Counted from the first letter of the whole stretch, positions 1 through 11,572 are shown. The stretch is 64,000 nt of DNA, filler included, from Stramenopiles sp. TOSAG23-3 (GCA_900128585.1; 15 parts of 15 records of this genome joined end to end with filler, not necessarily neighbours in it); one strand, 5' to 3'. Notes: generated by a model from the letters alone, not told the origin. Numbers and translations: made by a program.

Positions 1-535
1 AAGAAGAAGAAGAAAAAAAGAAGAAGAAGAAGAAGAAAGAAGAAAGAAGAAGAAGTGCAGCAGAACACAACGAGCGAAGGAGGAACAGGAGGAAGAGAGA
101 GGAAGAACAATAACAGAGTAGAAACTAAAAAAATACAAAGAGAGATAACGAATACAGATTCCAGTGTACTTTATTCTTCTATTCTATACCATTGATTTGA
201 ATGGATGAATGGATGGATGGATATGATGATGATTATTAGACTAACTAACCGTGTTTTGTACGGACAGGACAACAGTAGGCGTTTCAATAGTATTTATGCA
301 ATAAAATGTATTCCTTTTTATATTTATTTAGATTATCATGTTATAATAGTGCTATTTATTATTTGTAATTATAAGAAGAAGAAGAAAGAAGAAGAAGAAA
401 GAAGAAGAAGCGAAAGAAGAAAGAAGAAGATAAAAGAAGAAGATAAAAGAAGAAAGAAGAAGATAAAGAAGAAAGAAGAAGATAAAAGAAGAAAGAAGAA
501 GATAAAAGAAGAAAGAAGAAGATAAAAGAAGAAGA
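1..535. repeat. (GAA)n-rich purine microsatellite tracts (1-55 and ~372-535) in AT-rich intergenic DNA
   Basis: Tandem GAA/AAGAAGATAA units are directly visible; they produce spurious K/E/R-rich and F/S/L-rich ORFs. Confidence 0.9.
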
Positions 536-1084
536 TATCAATCTGACTTTATATTATTATACCATACGAATATATTAGGATTCCAAGGTACCTGGTATAA
601 TACCTGGTACAACAAAAGAAAGAACTCGTACTTCGTATTAGTAAATAAATAATTTGATTTTTACATCGTATTATTACGGTATTATTATTACGTTATTTTA
701 TTATTTTTTCGATCTTCTCTTCTTCTTCTCCGTTCTTCTACCCCTTTTATTATATGTTGTGTAGATAGAAGATGTTGTAGTACATTCATACATAAAAATA
801 ATAAATAATAATAAAATAATAATATATGGTATGATGAGATTATTATTCATTATTATTCATGATTTATTTACAAATTAAATACAATTGAAGTACAATGTAA
901 AATCGAAGTAGAAATTTATGATAGATGTGTATGGACGCTTGAAACACTCCATCATTTCTGATGGAACGACTATTGTAGAATTTTACTATCATTGTTCGTT
1001 AGTTCTATTGTCGTTCGTTGCCCCAAGTTCGAGCAAAGCAGACAATATATATACCGCCCGCCCACCAGGTACACGCACGCCCCT

Positions 1085-2263
1085 ATGGAAACTTCCTCGA
1101 GGAGACGGACGCCGGCGAAGAAAATAGTGGGGACCTCTCCATCGACGTCGGACGGTCTGACGTTCACGCTCGTCCCGCACAATGACTCCGTAAGCCCGTT
1201 GCTCCTGACAAACCGGTGCAACAAGTCCATCGCGTTCAAGGTCAAGACCAACAATACAGAGCGGTACTTAGTTCAACCGAACCAGGGTGTTATCGCGGTC
1301 GGCGGAAAAGCAGAGATAAAAATATTTTGTTTGTCTAAAAATGTCAACAGCATCCTCCACCAATCGTTCCACCAGATGGAAGAGTACGAAGGCAAGGACA
1401 AGTTCCTCCTTCAAACAAGAACGATCGACGCGAGCAAAATGAACGAGCTCATGGCGACGGCAGGGACCGAGGGGGACATGGCAAAGGTGGCGGAGGAACT
1501 GAGCCAGCTCTTCGCAAAGACCCCGGAGACCAAGAGCAAGATCCAGAGCCACAAGTTCGGGGTGCATTTCGACTCTGACCATTGGAAGCAGGCGGTGACC
1601 GAGCCGGTGGCGGAGGAGGCGGCGGTCCCAGCGGCCGCGCCGCCCGCGGCGGACGAAGGGCAGGGGGGCGACGAGGAGGGCGCGCCCGCGCCCGCCCCTG
1701 TAGAGGACGCACCCGCCAAGAGCGCCCAGCCCGCGCCCGCCAGCGAGTCACGGGCGGAGATGGTAGAGAAGGAGGACGCGGGGGGCAGCGCGCAGGCCAC
1801 CAGCGCGGCGCCCGCCATCATACAGAATAGTGAAAGCAGCAAGAGCGCCAGCGGGAGCTACAATAGCAACAACATGGACAAGATGGAGAAAGACTTTGCC
1901 CAGTTGCGGAAAAAGTACGACGAGCTGCTCAAGTGGACCCTGCAACTGACGGGCGACAGGGACAAGCTCCAGAAAATGACGGACAAGCTGACCCAGGAAA
2001 ATACAAAATTGCGATTATCGATCGACACGAAACGGACGGGGAACCTGGAAAAGTACCGGCAGAGCGCGGACGACGAGGAGACCAGCGCCGCCCAGAAAAA
2101 GCTGGACGACGAGTACGCGGCAAAAGTGAAAAAGCTTGAAAGCCAGCAGAAGAATTCTTCCGGGTTTAGTCTCTTTTCCGTGCTGCTGGTCGCAGTGTTT
2201 GCCTTTGCCATCGGTCGGGTTCTCGACCTGCTCCAGAACAACCAAAGCGGGCTCGCCAGGTAA
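1085..2263 (+). CDS. VAP: VAMP-associated protein (VAP/Scs2 family): MSP domain, acidic linker, coiled coil, C-terminal TM anchor
   Basis: MSP signature IAFKVKTNNTERYLVQPNQGVI and KDKFLLQ; coiled coil around aa 260-350; terminal hydrophobic helix GFSLFSVLLVAVFAFAIGRVL. First in-frame ATG is at 1085. Confidence 0.85.
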   Translation: METSSRRRTPAKKIVGTSPSTSDGLTFTLVPHNDSVSPLLLTNRCNKSIAFKVKTNNTERYLVQPNQGVIAVGGKAEIKIFCLSKNVNSILHQSFHQMEEYEGKDKFLLQTRTIDASKMNELMATAGTEGDMAKVAEELSQLFAKTPETKSKIQSHKFGVHFDSDHWKQAVTEPVAEEAAVPAAAPPAADEGQGGDEEGAPAPAPVEDAPAKSAQPAPASESRAEMVEKEDAGGSAQATSAAPAIIQNSESSKSASGSYNSNNMDKMEKDFAQLRKKYDELLKWTLQLTGDRDKLQKMTDKLTQENTKLRLSIDTKRTGNLEKYRQSADDEETSAAQKKLDDEYAAKVKKLESQQKNSSGFSLFSVLLVAVFAFAIGRVLDLLQNNQSGLAR

Positions 2264-2707
2264 AGGGTTTGGGGGCGGTGGGGGGGGGGGGCATGGCCAG
2301 CCCAGCGCGTGCGTGCAAGGTACCTTGCCTTGCTGTCGAGAAGGCGGTGGCGAGAACTTCAAGAGCAGGGAGAGGGAGTATTAGATGATTTACGAATTCG
2401 AGCGCGCATGACGAGGCAAGCACGAGCGAGACACGAAAGGTAAACGCGGGCGGGGAACACCACTGGCGCGCACCGGCCCACACAATTTTGTGTTTTCAGG
2501 TAATTTTAAACGTGTGTGTGTCAGCAATTAAATACAGGGACGATAAAAATATCTTGCCATATTGCGTGATATCTGCCCGTGGTATAAAATTAAAAAATCG
2601 TTTTAAGAGTGAGGTTTATTTTCTTTTTTACCTTTTTGTAATCTTAGCATTTTACACCAACACCCACCCGAGCGCACCAAGGAAACCGGGTGGCGCCTTC
2701 GTCCAGG

Positions 2708-3616
2708 TTACGGGGACACGCGCCGAACTTTCTTCTGTGGCGATGGGCTCGTGGCCGAGAGACCCCGTGTGCCCCGCAGGCACTTGTTCCCCTTTAACTT
2801 TATGTTCGACTTTGGCTTCCCCTCCTCGTCCAGCCAACGACTGGCTACGTCCGGGTCTAAGGTCGCAATGTCGTTGTGCACCAAAGATATTTCCACCGAC
2901 GACGGCAACATGGCCAGGCTATGGGGCACGGCGTGGACTGCATTGCTGCCTCCAAATAATTGCTTCAAGCTGGGCAGCCCCCCAAACACGTCCGGGAGCT
3001 CTTCCAGCTTGTTGCTGCTGCACTGGAGCACCTCCAGGTTCTTCAGCATTCTCATCTCGTCCGGCAAGCGTTTCAACGCGTTGCCACGAAGCACCAACGC
3101 CTTCAAGCTCGTCAGCTTTCCAATGCTGGCGGGAAGCTCTTCGAGCTCGTTGTTGTCGCAGGCGAAGGTCTCCAAGCCCGTCCACTGCGCGATCTTGTCC
3201 GGCAAAGCCTTGATCTGGTTGCCCGAGAGCCTCAAATGGGCGATGCCCTGCAGCGAGAACAACGGCCCTGGGATACTAGACAGCTGGTTGTCGTCCAGCC
3301 ACACACTCTTCAGCGTGGCGACCTGCTGCAACTCGGAAAATTCTTCTGGGAGAGTGGTCAGTTTGTTCCAACCCAAATTCAACTCCTCTAACGGCGAGTT
3401 CTTCAGGATACTGATGCCGGTGATGTCGGTCAGCCGGTTCCCATACAGCGACAGGTAGACTAAATTCTTAAATGCAGACCGGTGGGACTCATGAAAGAGA
3501 CCCTTTGTACTCCCCTTAAGCTCACTAACCCGCCGTGCCAGCAGCAGCCGGTCACGCTGGTCCTCCTCGTCCACTAGTATTTCCGGTATCTTTCGCGTAT
3601 CTTTCTTGATAAACAT
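2708..3616 (-). CDS. Leucine-rich repeat protein (about 8 LRRs)
   Basis: Repeated LxxLxLxxNxLxxLP units, e.g. LEELNLGWNKLTTLP, LKALVLRGNALKRLP. Confidence 0.85.
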   Translation of the reverse strand: MFIKKDTRKIPEILVDEEDQRDRLLLARRVSELKGSTKGLFHESHRSAFKNLVYLSLYGNRLTDITGISILKNSPLEELNLGWNKLTTLPEEFSELQQVATLKSVWLDDNQLSSIPGPLFSLQGIAHLRLSGNQIKALPDKIAQWTGLETFACDNNELEELPASIGKLTSLKALVLRGNALKRLPDEMRMLKNLEVLQCSSNKLEELPDVFGGLPSLKQLFGGSNAVHAVPHSLAMLPSSVEISLVHNDIATLDPDVASRWLDEEGKPKSNIKLKGNKCLRGTRGLSATSPSPQKKVRRVSP

Positions 3617-4200
3617 TCTGGCGCGAAGGAGGACGGTGGCGGCGGTGGTTGTGTTAAGAAAGTAAAACTATATTTTTTAAAACGGCTCAACGAATAAATG
3701 CACCTATTGTGATGAAATCAATGAAGAGTTAAAGATTGAAAGGAGTGGAATAGAGGATAGAATTAATTATTCATTCAAGTTTCGTTGTTAGACATTATTA
3801 AAATTTGATACAGTATAGTATTTGAAATGTTTTTTTTTTGAAAATATAAATAATAATAATAAAATAATAAACCAACAACAACAGCAAAAAGGGAAGGAAG
3901 AAGAAGAAGAAAAAACACAGTTACCGTAGGTTAATGAAAAAAGAGTAGGTGGTGATAATAAATGTCTTCTTCTTCTTCTCTTTTTTCTTCGTCCCTTTTT
4001 GAAGAGGAGAGGAGAGGACTCGATAATAGATTATTAAAAAGAACTCCTCCCTCTCTCTATCTCTTTCTTTCTTTTTTATCATTTGAATTTTTACATTGTA
4101 TTCCTATATATAGTTATATTCTATAGGTAATATAAATACAATTATAAGCATATAATATAGTATTCTATTATTTAATTTTAATTAAATACCTTCAATTGAA

Positions 4201-4300
4201 NNNNNNNNNNNNNNNNNNNNNNNNNNNNNNNNNNNNNNNNNNNNTTAATTAATTAANNNNNNNNNNNNNNNNNNNNNNNNNNNNNNNNNNNNNNNNNNNN
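4201..4300. other. Artificial contig linker N44-TTAATTAATTAA-N44 (stops in all six frames); first of 14
   Basis: Identical 100-nt linkers at 4201, 8501, 12801, 17101, 21399, 25696, 29987, 34277, 38564, 42850, 47129, 51406, 55682 and 59957. The contigs between them shrink monotonically from 4200 to 4175 nt. Confidence 0.97.
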
Positions 4301-4302
4301 TT

Positions 4303-6216
4303 ACCATTGCATCCGCGGCGACGTACTGCAACTGGGGGGATACGCAGATCAATATCATCGACACGCCGGGGCACGTAGACTTTACGGTCGAGGTCGAACG
4401 TGCGCTTCGCGTCCTGGACGGCGCGGTCCTCGTTCTCTGCTCCGTCTCTGGGGTTCAGAGCCAGTCGATCACCGTGGACCGGCAAATGAAACGGTACAGC
4501 GTTCCGCGTCTTGCGTTCATCAACAAGCTTGATCGGTCTGGCGCAAACCCGTTCAAAGTGATCGAAGACCTTCGCGGGAAATTGGGGCTAAACGCCGCCG
4601 CCGTGCAGATTCCGATTGGGCTGGAGGACCAGCTGCAGGGCGTGGTCGACTTGGTGACGATGAGGGCGTACTACAACGAGGGGTCGGAGGGGGAGATCAT
4701 TGCGGAAAAGGACATCCCGGAAGACTTGATAGACACTGCGAACGAGAAGCGGGCAGTACTGATCGAGCGCTTGGCCGAAGTCGATGACGAGATCGGCGAA
4801 CTTTACATCATGGAAGAGGAGCCGACCGTCGACCAGCTCCATGAAGCAATTCGGAGGCAGACGATCATGCTCCAACTGTGCCCCGTCTTCATGGGGTCGG
4901 CGTTCAAAAACCGCGGGGTGCAACCATTGCTGGACGGTGTGAAGAAGTTTTTGCCCAACCCCACTGAAATTAGCAACGTGGCCCTGGACCGGTCGAATGA
5001 GGAAGCGGAAGTCCCGCTGAAAACGGACAACGAAGAGCCCTTGGTGGCGCTGGCGTTCAAGCTCGAGGAAGGCCGGTTCGGCCAGCTCACGTATCTGCGC
5101 GTCTACCAAGGTGTAATGAAAAAGGGCGGGACCATCGTCAACACGTCCAACGGCAAAAAGATGAAGGTGCCGAGGACGGTGAGAATGCACTCCGCAGACA
5201 TGGAAGACGTCGACGAGGTTGGGGCTGGTGAGATTTGCGCCATGTTTGGCGTGGAGTGCAACACCGGGGACACATTTTGCGACCCTGGCGTCAACTTGGC
5301 GATGACCTCCATGTTTGTCCCGAACCCGGTAATCTCGCTGGCCGTAACTCCGACCGATACGAAGACGTCCGGGAACTTTTCCAAAGCTCTGCAACGCTTC
5401 CGAAGAGAGGACCCAACGTTTCAAGTCCACAATGACCCGGAGAGTAATGAAACCATTATCTCTGGCATGGGGGAACTGCATTTGGAGATATACGTAGAGC
5501 GTATGGCAAGAGAGTACAATTGCCCTGTCACGACGGGCCAACCCCGCGTCGCGTACCGCGAGTCCATTACGCGGAAACAGGAGTTCAACTACTTGCACAA
5601 AAAGCAGACCGGTGGAAGTGGCCAATTTGGTAAGGTAGTCGGGTACATTGAACCGTTGCCAGAAGACTCTGAGAAAAACTTTGAGTTCGTCAACAACATG
5701 GTAGGGAACAACATCACGCCGGAGTACATCACCGCGGTAGCGAAAGGGTTTGAAGAAGCTACTGAGAAGGGGCCATTAATTGGGCACGGTGTGCAAGGGG
5801 TCCGCGTCGTTCTTGAGGATGGGGCCGCGCACGCCGTTGATTCCAGTGAGATGGCCTTTAAACTTGCTTCCCAATACGCGTTCCGGGAGGCCGTAAACGG
5901 GGCGTCGCCGTCCATTTTGGAGCCCGTCATGAAAGTGCAAGTAGAAGCGCCCACCGAATTCCAAGGGGCTGTCGTCGCTGGCTTGAATCGACGAAAAGGC
6001 TTGATTCAAAGCAACGAGACGCAAGAACTCTACACCGTCGTCGAAGCAGATGTGCCTCTGGCCGAGATGTTTGGATACTCAACAGACCTGCGATCGGCAA
6101 CCCAGGGAAAGGGCGAATTTTCCATGGAGTACAAGGCCCATATGCCGGTCAACAAGTCTGTGCAGAGCGATTTGATCAAAGACTTTCAGAATGTCAACAA
6201 CAGTAAAAAAAAGTAG
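4303..6216 (+). CDS. GFM1: Mitochondrial elongation factor G1, 5'-truncated by the contig edge
   Basis: Frame is open from the contig start: [43 protein letters not shown], then [14 protein letters not shown] and [35 protein letters not shown] and [11 protein letters not shown] are typical of mtEF-G1. Confidence 0.93.
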   Translation, partial: TIASAATYCNWGDTQINIIDTPGHVDFTVEVERALRVLDGAVLVLCSVSGVQSQSITVDRQMKRYSVPRLAFINKLDRSGANPFKVIEDLRGKLGLNAAAVQIPIGLEDQLQGVVDLVTMRAYYNEGSEGEIIAEKDIPEDLIDTANEKRAVLIERLAEVDDEIGELYIMEEEPTVDQLHEAIRRQTIMLQLCPVFMGSAFKNRGVQPLLDGVKKFLPNPTEISNVALDRSNEEAEVPLKTDNEEPLVALAFKLEEGRFGQLTYLRVYQGVMKKGGTIVNTSNGKKMKVPRTVRMHSADMEDVDEVGAGEICAMFGVECNTGDTFCDPGVNLAMTSMFVPNPVISLAVTPTDTKTSGNFSKALQRFRREDPTFQVHNDPESNETIISGMGELHLEIYVERMAREYNCPVTTGQPRVAYRESITRKQEFNYLHKKQTGGSGQFGKVVGYIEPLPEDSEKNFEFVNNMVGNNITPEYITAVAKGFEEATEKGPLIGHGVQGVRVVLEDGAAHAVDSSEMAFKLASQYAFREAVNGASPSILEPVMKVQVEAPTEFQGAVVAGLNRRKGLIQSNETQELYTVVEADVPLAEMFGYSTDLRSATQGKGEFSMEYKAHMPVNKSVQSDLIKDFQNVNNSKKK

Positions 6217-6352
6217 CGGGCAGGTAGTGCCTGTAAAACGATTTACGAATTTGAAGAAAAATAAAAATTTCGGGCCTGCATTACGCTTCTATTTGAAATA
6301 GGGGAGATAAGAAGAAAAAAATTAATTTATTTCTTGTTCTCTCGGTCGTTTT

Positions 6353-7822
6353 TTAAATTAAACATTGCCTTAAATCCATCGCACGCCCTTCGTCATCGGA
6401 GGAAGAAGGAGAAGCTGCGGACGGGCAAGCACCCGATGAATCATCATCTTCATCTTCGCTCAGTAGCGAAACGGGATGAGCATTCGAACCTCCCACACGG
6501 GATGTTTGGGGTTCATGTGTTCGTTGGTTTTGTGAAAACGGAGGATCAACTCCATCGTCCGCCACTTGGGTTTGCGCAACTTCCTTTGCGCTGTCTTCCT
6601 TCTTTTTCGTTTCAGCTTCTCTTGCTTTTCGGGCTTTCTCCTGCTCGGCTTGCTCGGCAACTCGTACCATCTCTTTCCCGGCAAGTCGTACCATCTCTTG
6701 TCCGTCGTCGATGTTTTGAAATGCAGAAAGTTGCTCCGAGGTGGTCTCTCGAACCGTTTTTCGTTTCTTCTCAGACCCTTCGCGAAGATGTCCTAGCGAG
6801 CTTCGCTTTTTCGGGGTTTGATTCAAAACTACCACGTTGGGATCAGAGGCAATACTGTTTCGGTATTCACTGGACATAAGGCCATCCTCGTTGGTAGGCT
6901 CGTTGGGTTCGTCAATGTCCATCAGTTCGTCGCCCTGGGCGTCAGGACCCGTAAGGTCGTCGTTCGTCGCGTTAGGCGTACTCGCCGACTCGTCCACATC
7001 CATCGGCTCTTGCTTGTCCTCTAATTCTTGGCTAGAGGTTGTCGGTCGGTGCTCTGGGGCTGCTGCTGTTGTTGAGTCTAACATTACCGTTTGGGAGGAT
7101 TCAACGAACAGTCCAGAGTGCTCATTCATCGGCGTAGACTGTTCGACTCTCTCGGAAAAGTTCGGGTCTCGACGTGAGGCGGAGCAACCGAACTCGTAGG
7201 AGGAGGAGGAGGAGGCCGCACCGTCGTGGATCGAGGGCGCCGTCCTGTTCTGTTCCTCGATAGTGTCGTGCTGGAGTGTGCGGTGTTCCTCGATCTTGTC
7301 GATCTGACGCGTGTGGTTCTCTTCAAACCTGTTGATCTGGTTCGTTTGCTCGTTCACGATCGCGTCGCCTTGGAGCGCGCAGTTGGCGTGGACCTTGTCG
7401 TCGACCGCATCGTCACGGAACGAGTCGTCTTCGGTAGCGTCCAAACTTTCGTGTTTAGCGAATGGCCGTTTCAATATACAGTCGCATACTTTCTTCAAAA
7501 CTAGGAAGGATCCATGAAGTAGTGAGACGAAGATTAACAGTATTGACAGTATTGAAAGTACTCCAGGGGTATGGGCGGCTGCGGACTTCTCTTTTGACAA
7601 GTCATGGAGTTGTTTCATGACGAGGTTGCTGGCGTCGTAGGCGTTGCGCGAAATTATTTCACAGTTTGCAGCGGCTTCAACGTAAGGAACTCCGAACAAA
7701 TCTTCACATACTGCAAAGTGGTATGTGGCCAGTGCTACTACACAAAGAAACAAGGTCACATTAATCGACCTGACCAAGGTCTTTGTCCACGACCATGCCG
7801 TTTTAAGGCAGAAGAATGGCAT
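6353..7822 (-). CDS. Hypothetical protein: two N-terminal TM helices and a long acidic disordered tail
   Basis: 489-aa ATG-initiated ORF in coding-like GC sequence; hydrophobic segments INVTLFLCVVALATYHFAV and VLSILSILLIFVSLLHGSFLVL. No family recognised. Confidence 0.6.
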   Translation of the reverse strand: MPFFCLKTAWSWTKTLVRSINVTLFLCVVALATYHFAVCEDLFGVPYVEAAANCEIISRNAYDASNLVMKQLHDLSKEKSAAAHTPGVLSILSILLIFVSLLHGSFLVLKKVCDCILKRPFAKHESLDATEDDSFRDDAVDDKVHANCALQGDAIVNEQTNQINRFEENHTRQIDKIEEHRTLQHDTIEEQNRTAPSIHDGAASSSSSYEFGCSASRRDPNFSERVEQSTPMNEHSGLFVESSQTVMLDSTTAAAPEHRPTTSSQELEDKQEPMDVDESASTPNATNDDLTGPDAQGDELMDIDEPNEPTNEDGLMSSEYRNSIASDPNVVVLNQTPKKRSSLGHLREGSEKKRKTVRETTSEQLSAFQNIDDGQEMVRLAGKEMVRVAEQAEQEKARKAREAETKKKEDSAKEVAQTQVADDGVDPPFSQNQRTHEPQTSRVGGSNAHPVSLLSEDEDDDSSGACPSAASPSSSDDEGRAMDLRQCLI

Positions 7823-8336
7823 CTCGTTCGCTGATGCAAGTTCTACGAAGCGGCGGCGGAAGGTGTGTTTAATGGGAACGTTTGGTTGTGTTATGTAAAC
7901 TTTTAAGCTTACACAATTGTTTATGAATAAAATTCTTTTCGAATATTGTTGTTGGTTGTTTTCAACCTTTTTTTCTATTTGAATTGGAATAAGTAAATGT
8001 TTATATTTAGTCTCGAAGGTTCGTATACAGTGTATTTGTTCTCTTTCTTGAAAACGTTTGCTCCAGCTGTTGTTGCCATCTCAAAAAAAAAAAAAATGAA
8101 GAAGAAGAGGAGAAGAAAAAGAAGAAGAAAGAAGAGAAAGAATCAATCATATCATCATCATCCATTATTTTTTTGTTCATGTAGATTTATAATAGTATGG
8201 TAATAGCATGGAAATAAAAGAAGAAGTAATATAAATAATCATCATTGCTTCATTATATTTCAACTCAATGCTATGGTTATATTGAATAAAAAATATGAAT
8301 CAACTAAGAAGAAGAAACCAAATAATGATGTGGACT

Positions 8337-8500
8337 TCCTTCTTCTTCTTCTTTCTTCTTCTTCTTCTTGTTCTTCCTTCTTCTCTTCTTTCTTCTTCTT
8401 CTTTCTTCTTCTTCTTCTTCTTTCTTCTTCTTCTTTCTTCTTCTTCTTCTTTCTTCTTCTTCTTCTTCTTTCTTCTTCTTCTTCTTCTTTCTTCCTCTTC
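8337..8500. repeat. (TTC)n microsatellite at contig end
   Basis: Nearly pure TTC/CTT tract running into the linker. Confidence 0.9.
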
Positions 8501-9094
8501 NNNNNNNNNNNNNNNNNNNNNNNNNNNNNNNNNNNNNNNNNNNNTTAATTAATTAANNNNNNNNNNNNNNNNNNNNNNNNNNNNNNNNNNNNNNNNNNNN
8601 AATACTTCCAATTCCTCTACAATAATAGAATATATAAAGAAAGAAAGAAAGAACTGTACATTCACCTATCGCACATATTATTATTTTATTTTATATATAT
8701 ATTTGTTAGAGAGAGAAGAAAGAGATAAGAAGAGCTCTTTATATTTTATGAGATATGATGAAGAAAAGAAGAAATAAAAATGTACCTCATTCACTCAAAT
8801 TAAAATATGTAATAACATTTATTGATTTTATTACTATATATTAATTTATTTTAAGGTTCAAATTAGTTTTAATAATTATATTATAATTTACACCTTTTTG
8901 GTAAAGTTTTCATTCTTGTCTTCTGCCTATTTTATTATATTTATTGATAAGAACAAAAAAACAAAATGCGCAAGGAGACAAAATAAATTATTAATACTCT
9001 TTTATCCTTAATTCTATGTGAAGCAACGAAGCGGTTCTTTTCATAAAGAAAACTGCTCGAGAGCCATTGTGTTTTGTTTGTGTCGTCGTGCAAA

Positions 9095-11572
9095 TCAAAT
9101 AAGTTTACCTGCCGCAAACAGATCCCGCCAATTCGACCATTCTGCCAATCGTTTCGGTGCCACATTTTCCTGCAAAAGCCGGTTGTATGGCTGATCAAAA
9201 TGGATGTGCTTCCACGAGGGCTTCTTATTAACCCCCTTAATCTTTGGCTTGTCGTCAATGATAAAGTCACCTTGAATAGGGGTTTTATCCCTCGCAATGA
9301 TAACGCGTTCAATCCACCCATGGCCCAAGTTCTTCGCCACGAAATTGTACTTTTCCATGGCGCAAGGCCCTGGGCACGTAGGGTGAGGGCTAGTTACCAA
9401 TCTTACATTGATACCAGCCTTTACCATGTCTTGCATGGCAGAAATGGCGCCAGGAAAAGGCTTCAGGGACGAGAAGAAGCCCTGCTCTGCTATGACCTCC
9501 AAAATTTCCTTTTTCATGTTGGGTGGAAAGTTGTTTTCAATTTCGAAAAACTTTCTATTTCGCACTATCCTTTGCACGTCTTTTACTGGCTCCGTCGACG
9601 ACATCAGCTTTTTGGCGAGGGTAGGGTGCTTGTTGAACCTGTCGATGAACTCGGCGTCCCAGTCCACTAAGGTATTGTCCATGTCGACCAAGACGGTTAG
9701 CCCAGACAGATTATTCACAGAGCTTTGGTTCACGCCCTTGCCCGTGTTGCTGGAGGAGGATGGGCACATTGGCGGGAGGTTGAGCGATTTTGATTCCTGC
9801 GGAACCGGGCTTGTTGGCGGCGTTGCGTTTTTCCACCCGGATTGAATGAGGCTTCGGTATAACGTGCACATGTGGGTGTACGAAAACTGAGTGAGGACTC
9901 GCTGTCTACCGGCAGCGCCCAACTGTTTTCGTAACTTCGGGTCATGGTACAATTTCGAAATTGCGCCCTGTAATGCCGACACGTCTCCGGGAGGAATGAG
10001 CAGCCCTTCGACCCCGTCTGCAACCGCTTCAGGAATGGCATCAATTCGACTGCATATCACCGGTTTCTCAAACGCCATAGCCTCGCAAATGACGAGGGGC
10101 AGAACTTCGTTCAACGAGGGAACCAGTACAATGTCCGCGGCCATGTAAAAGCGCAGGACATTTTTCTGTATGTCCATCAGCGTGACTTCCGCTTTTCCCA
10201 ATGCGCCCGGGCCTTCTTTTTGCGCGTCTTCAAAGCGTGCCCAGGAGAGGCCGCTCTCGCTCACCGTCTCTTTAATTCTGTCGATGTAGGCTACTTCATG
10301 GTCACGTATGTACCTGGCGCCTACCATCAGCACCTTTAAATTTTTTAGTCCGGCACGTTTGATCAAATTCGTGCACGCCTGCGCGGTGTAAATTTGTCCT
10401 TTACGGCCACAGATTGTGCCAAGGTGCAGCACCAAGAAGTCGTCGGGCCCGTACCCGAGCGCCTCCCGAATCTGCTGGCGATTCTTGGTCTTCCTAAATT
10501 CGTCAAGGCTGCCCAGCGGTATGCCGTTGTATATCGTTCGCGCCGTCCTTTCCCGGTACAAACCTTTGTACAGTCCTCTTTGCATGTTTGACGGGAACAC
10601 GATGCAATTGCAGACTCGAAACGCCTCTTTGATCATATCCGCGCCCAGGTTCTTCCGCATGAAGACCTCCTTCGCGTAATAGTCTAGTTTGTCCTGCGGC
10701 CAGCTTTCATGAATGACCCACACCGTAGGCAAGCGCATTCGGTACGCCTTCAAGATCACGTCGCAGCGCATTATTGTGTTTGCCAGCATTGCTGAGATGC
10801 CCTTTGCAATGACAATGGATTCGAATGTTTCCAAAAAGCCCTCCGTGTTGGGATCAATGAGGCAGACCTCCATTCCCAACTGCTCAAAATCCCCCCGCAT
10901 TGGCCCCTCTTTAGGGGCCAGCAAAATGTAGCGGTGGTTCGTCGTCGTCACCAGGGATTTCAGCAAAAAGTGGCAGAAATTGTTTGCACCATTTCGTTCC
11001 AGCGAATGGCTGAACACGGCGTACAACTTTGGCCGTTCGCTCTTTAGCCGTTGTGGCAAATCTTCCGTGAGCGCGCCAAGGAGGTCGTCCGAATCGGAAG
11101 ACGGGAAGAGCCCATCGCGGTCGAAGTGTTTGTCGGTCAAGTACTGCAGCAGGTCTTTCACGCAATCTTCCGGCAAGCTCCATTTGTTGACAAAATCCTT
11201 CAAATTCGACCGGGTGAAACTATTAAAACTGCTGGAGCTAAAATCTACCGGTTCGGGTAAGCCTCCATCAAACGTTGTTGATTTTCCGAGTTTCCGTATG
11301 CCCTGGATTCTCCAAGCTGCGTTCTCGAGACGGCGAGCCTTATTTCTCGCAACGCCCTCCGCATTCTTCATCGCAGTGAAGACTCTCCAGGACTGCCGCA
11401 AATCTTCATTCGTAGAATTATTAAGAGCGTAAACATCAGATCCGAAGTTTCCTTCCTCCTCGTCGGGACGAATAAACTCTCCAAATTGCTTAAGTTGCTC
11501 TTGGGATTCCACTTTTACTTTCGGCGACTCCAGCAAAGTTAGATTTACAAATGAAAAATGTGAACGTCTCAT
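9095..11572 (-). CDS. Fusion protein: RLENxxWR (DUF1752/SPS N-terminal-like) module, GT4 (GT-B) glycosyltransferase and NT5C-like HAD phosphatase
   Basis: N-terminal EDLRQSWR...RRLENAAWRI. GT4 motifs SHSLERNGA, VWVIHE, RKGQ and E-x7-E (EVLPLVICE). HAD motifs DMDNTL, VTSP, EKY and RDKTPIQGDFIIDDKP. Confidence 0.85.
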   Translation of the reverse strand: MRRSHFSFVNLTLLESPKVKVESQEQLKQFGEFIRPDEEEGNFGSDVYALNNSTNEDLRQSWRVFTAMKNAEGVARNKARRLENAAWRIQGIRKLGKSTTFDGGLPEPVDFSSSSFNSFTRSNLKDFVNKWSLPEDCVKDLLQYLTDKHFDRDGLFPSSDSDDLLGALTEDLPQRLKSERPKLYAVFSHSLERNGANNFCHFLLKSLVTTTNHRYILLAPKEGPMRGDFEQLGMEVCLIDPNTEGFLETFESIVIAKGISAMLANTIMRCDVILKAYRMRLPTVWVIHESWPQDKLDYYAKEVFMRKNLGADMIKEAFRVCNCIVFPSNMQRGLYKGLYRERTARTIYNGIPLGSLDEFRKTKNRQQIREALGYGPDDFLVLHLGTICGRKGQIYTAQACTNLIKRAGLKNLKVLMVGARYIRDHEVAYIDRIKETVSESGLSWARFEDAQKEGPGALGKAEVTLMDIQKNVLRFYMAADIVLVPSLNEVLPLVICEAMAFEKPVICSRIDAIPEAVADGVEGLLIPPGDVSALQGAISKLYHDPKLRKQLGAAGRQRVLTQFSYTHMCTLYRSLIQSGWKNATPPTSPVPQESKSLNLPPMCPSSSSNTGKGVNQSSVNNLSGLTVLVDMDNTLVDWDAEFIDRFNKHPTLAKKLMSSTEPVKDVQRIVRNRKFFEIENNFPPNMKKEILEVIAEQGFFSSLKPFPGAISAMQDMVKAGINVRLVTSPHPTCPGPCAMEKYNFVAKNLGHGWIERVIIARDKTPIQGDFIIDDKPKIKGVNKKPSWKHIHFDQPYNRLLQENVAPKRLAEWSNWRDLFAAGKLI

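Noticed and set aside
205-541. K/E/R-rich and F/S/L-rich ORFs (also 7997-8556, 29667-29954, 62630-62972)
   Set aside because: These are translations of GAA/TTC microsatellites and AT-rich intergenic DNA.
2266-2291. G-rich tract or G-quadruplex just after the VAP stop
   Set aside because: It is a single homopolymer-type tract with no supporting evidence of function.
4588-5625. Long antisense or alternate-frame ORFs over real genes (also 24366-25457, 52406-53260, 47718-48425, 2488-3458)
   Set aside because: They are shadow ORFs expected in GC-rich coding DNA and carry no recognisable motifs, unlike the DIRS overlap, which ends in a YR domain.
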